The notes beneath the pieces are model-generated. The model saw nothing but the letters and a program-made list of their open reading frames with translations. It ran no database searches and had not been told where the DNA came from. Shown piece after piece: positions 63,851-64,000 of a DNA stretch of 64,000 bases (its first letter is position 1; each line of letters begins with the position of its first letter). The stretch spans positions 704,001-768,000 of the forward strand of contig OZ255726.1 of assembly GCA_965277405.1 (NCBI GenBank), in the 5' to 3' direction. The position numbers were made by a program, and so were the translations under genes. The stretch is from Gammaproteobacteria bacterium. Lineage in GTDB: Bacteria > Pseudomonadota > Gammaproteobacteria > G965277405.

Positions 63851-64000
63851 CCCATACAACTATTTAATGGAGATACGCCTAAGCAATTATTAGCTAGAAG
63901 CAGATATATTATAGCTAAAAAATAAAATGAGTGGACAGAGAGTCACAAACAAAGAGCTACATTGTTATTTAAACCATAACCACATTTAGAAACAGTTTAT

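Noticed and set aside
1-64000. tRNA, rRNA or integron attC arrays
   Set aside because: None recognised by eye; a tRNAscan-SE/Infernal run would be needed to exclude them fully

Overview
Chromosomal window of a gammaproteobacterium whose divergent proteins, shuffled operons and many decayed IS elements suggest a host-associated lineage (inference). Housekeeping blocks: murU-recA; rpsB-tsf-pyrH-frr-uppS-cdsA-dxr-rseP-bamA-skp-lpxD-fabZ-lpxA with a t44 rpsB leader; rlmD-hisHAF-lysA; gyrA; phoR-like kinase; actP-type symporter; modABC; mdh; rpmBG; carAB-lptFG; nrdR-mutT; fmdB-aspS-yebC-ruvC. There are three accessory zones. (1) An ~10.7 kb collapsed Mu-like prophage (about 23.9-34.6 kb) with a P2-type tail module, an inverted internal segment, an in-frame MuA::MuB fusion, a 90-bp tandem repeat in the tape-measure remnant, and intact HicAB and BrnTA modules. 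(2) A ~7 kb nested IS graveyard (51.8-58.7 kb) with two inverted IS5 copies, a Tn3-type res/resolvase remnant, a RelE-type TA pair and an Lrp regulator. (3) An IS1595 pseudogene after ruvC. The most striking unannotated signal is a structured MITE family sharing the 16-bp IS5 terminal repeat GGAANCTCTGATTAAG. Seven copies or fragments occur, most sitting on start or stop codons and apparently donating stops, C-terminal peptides or SD-like motifs. All family assignments come from motif recognition by eye; no database searches were run.
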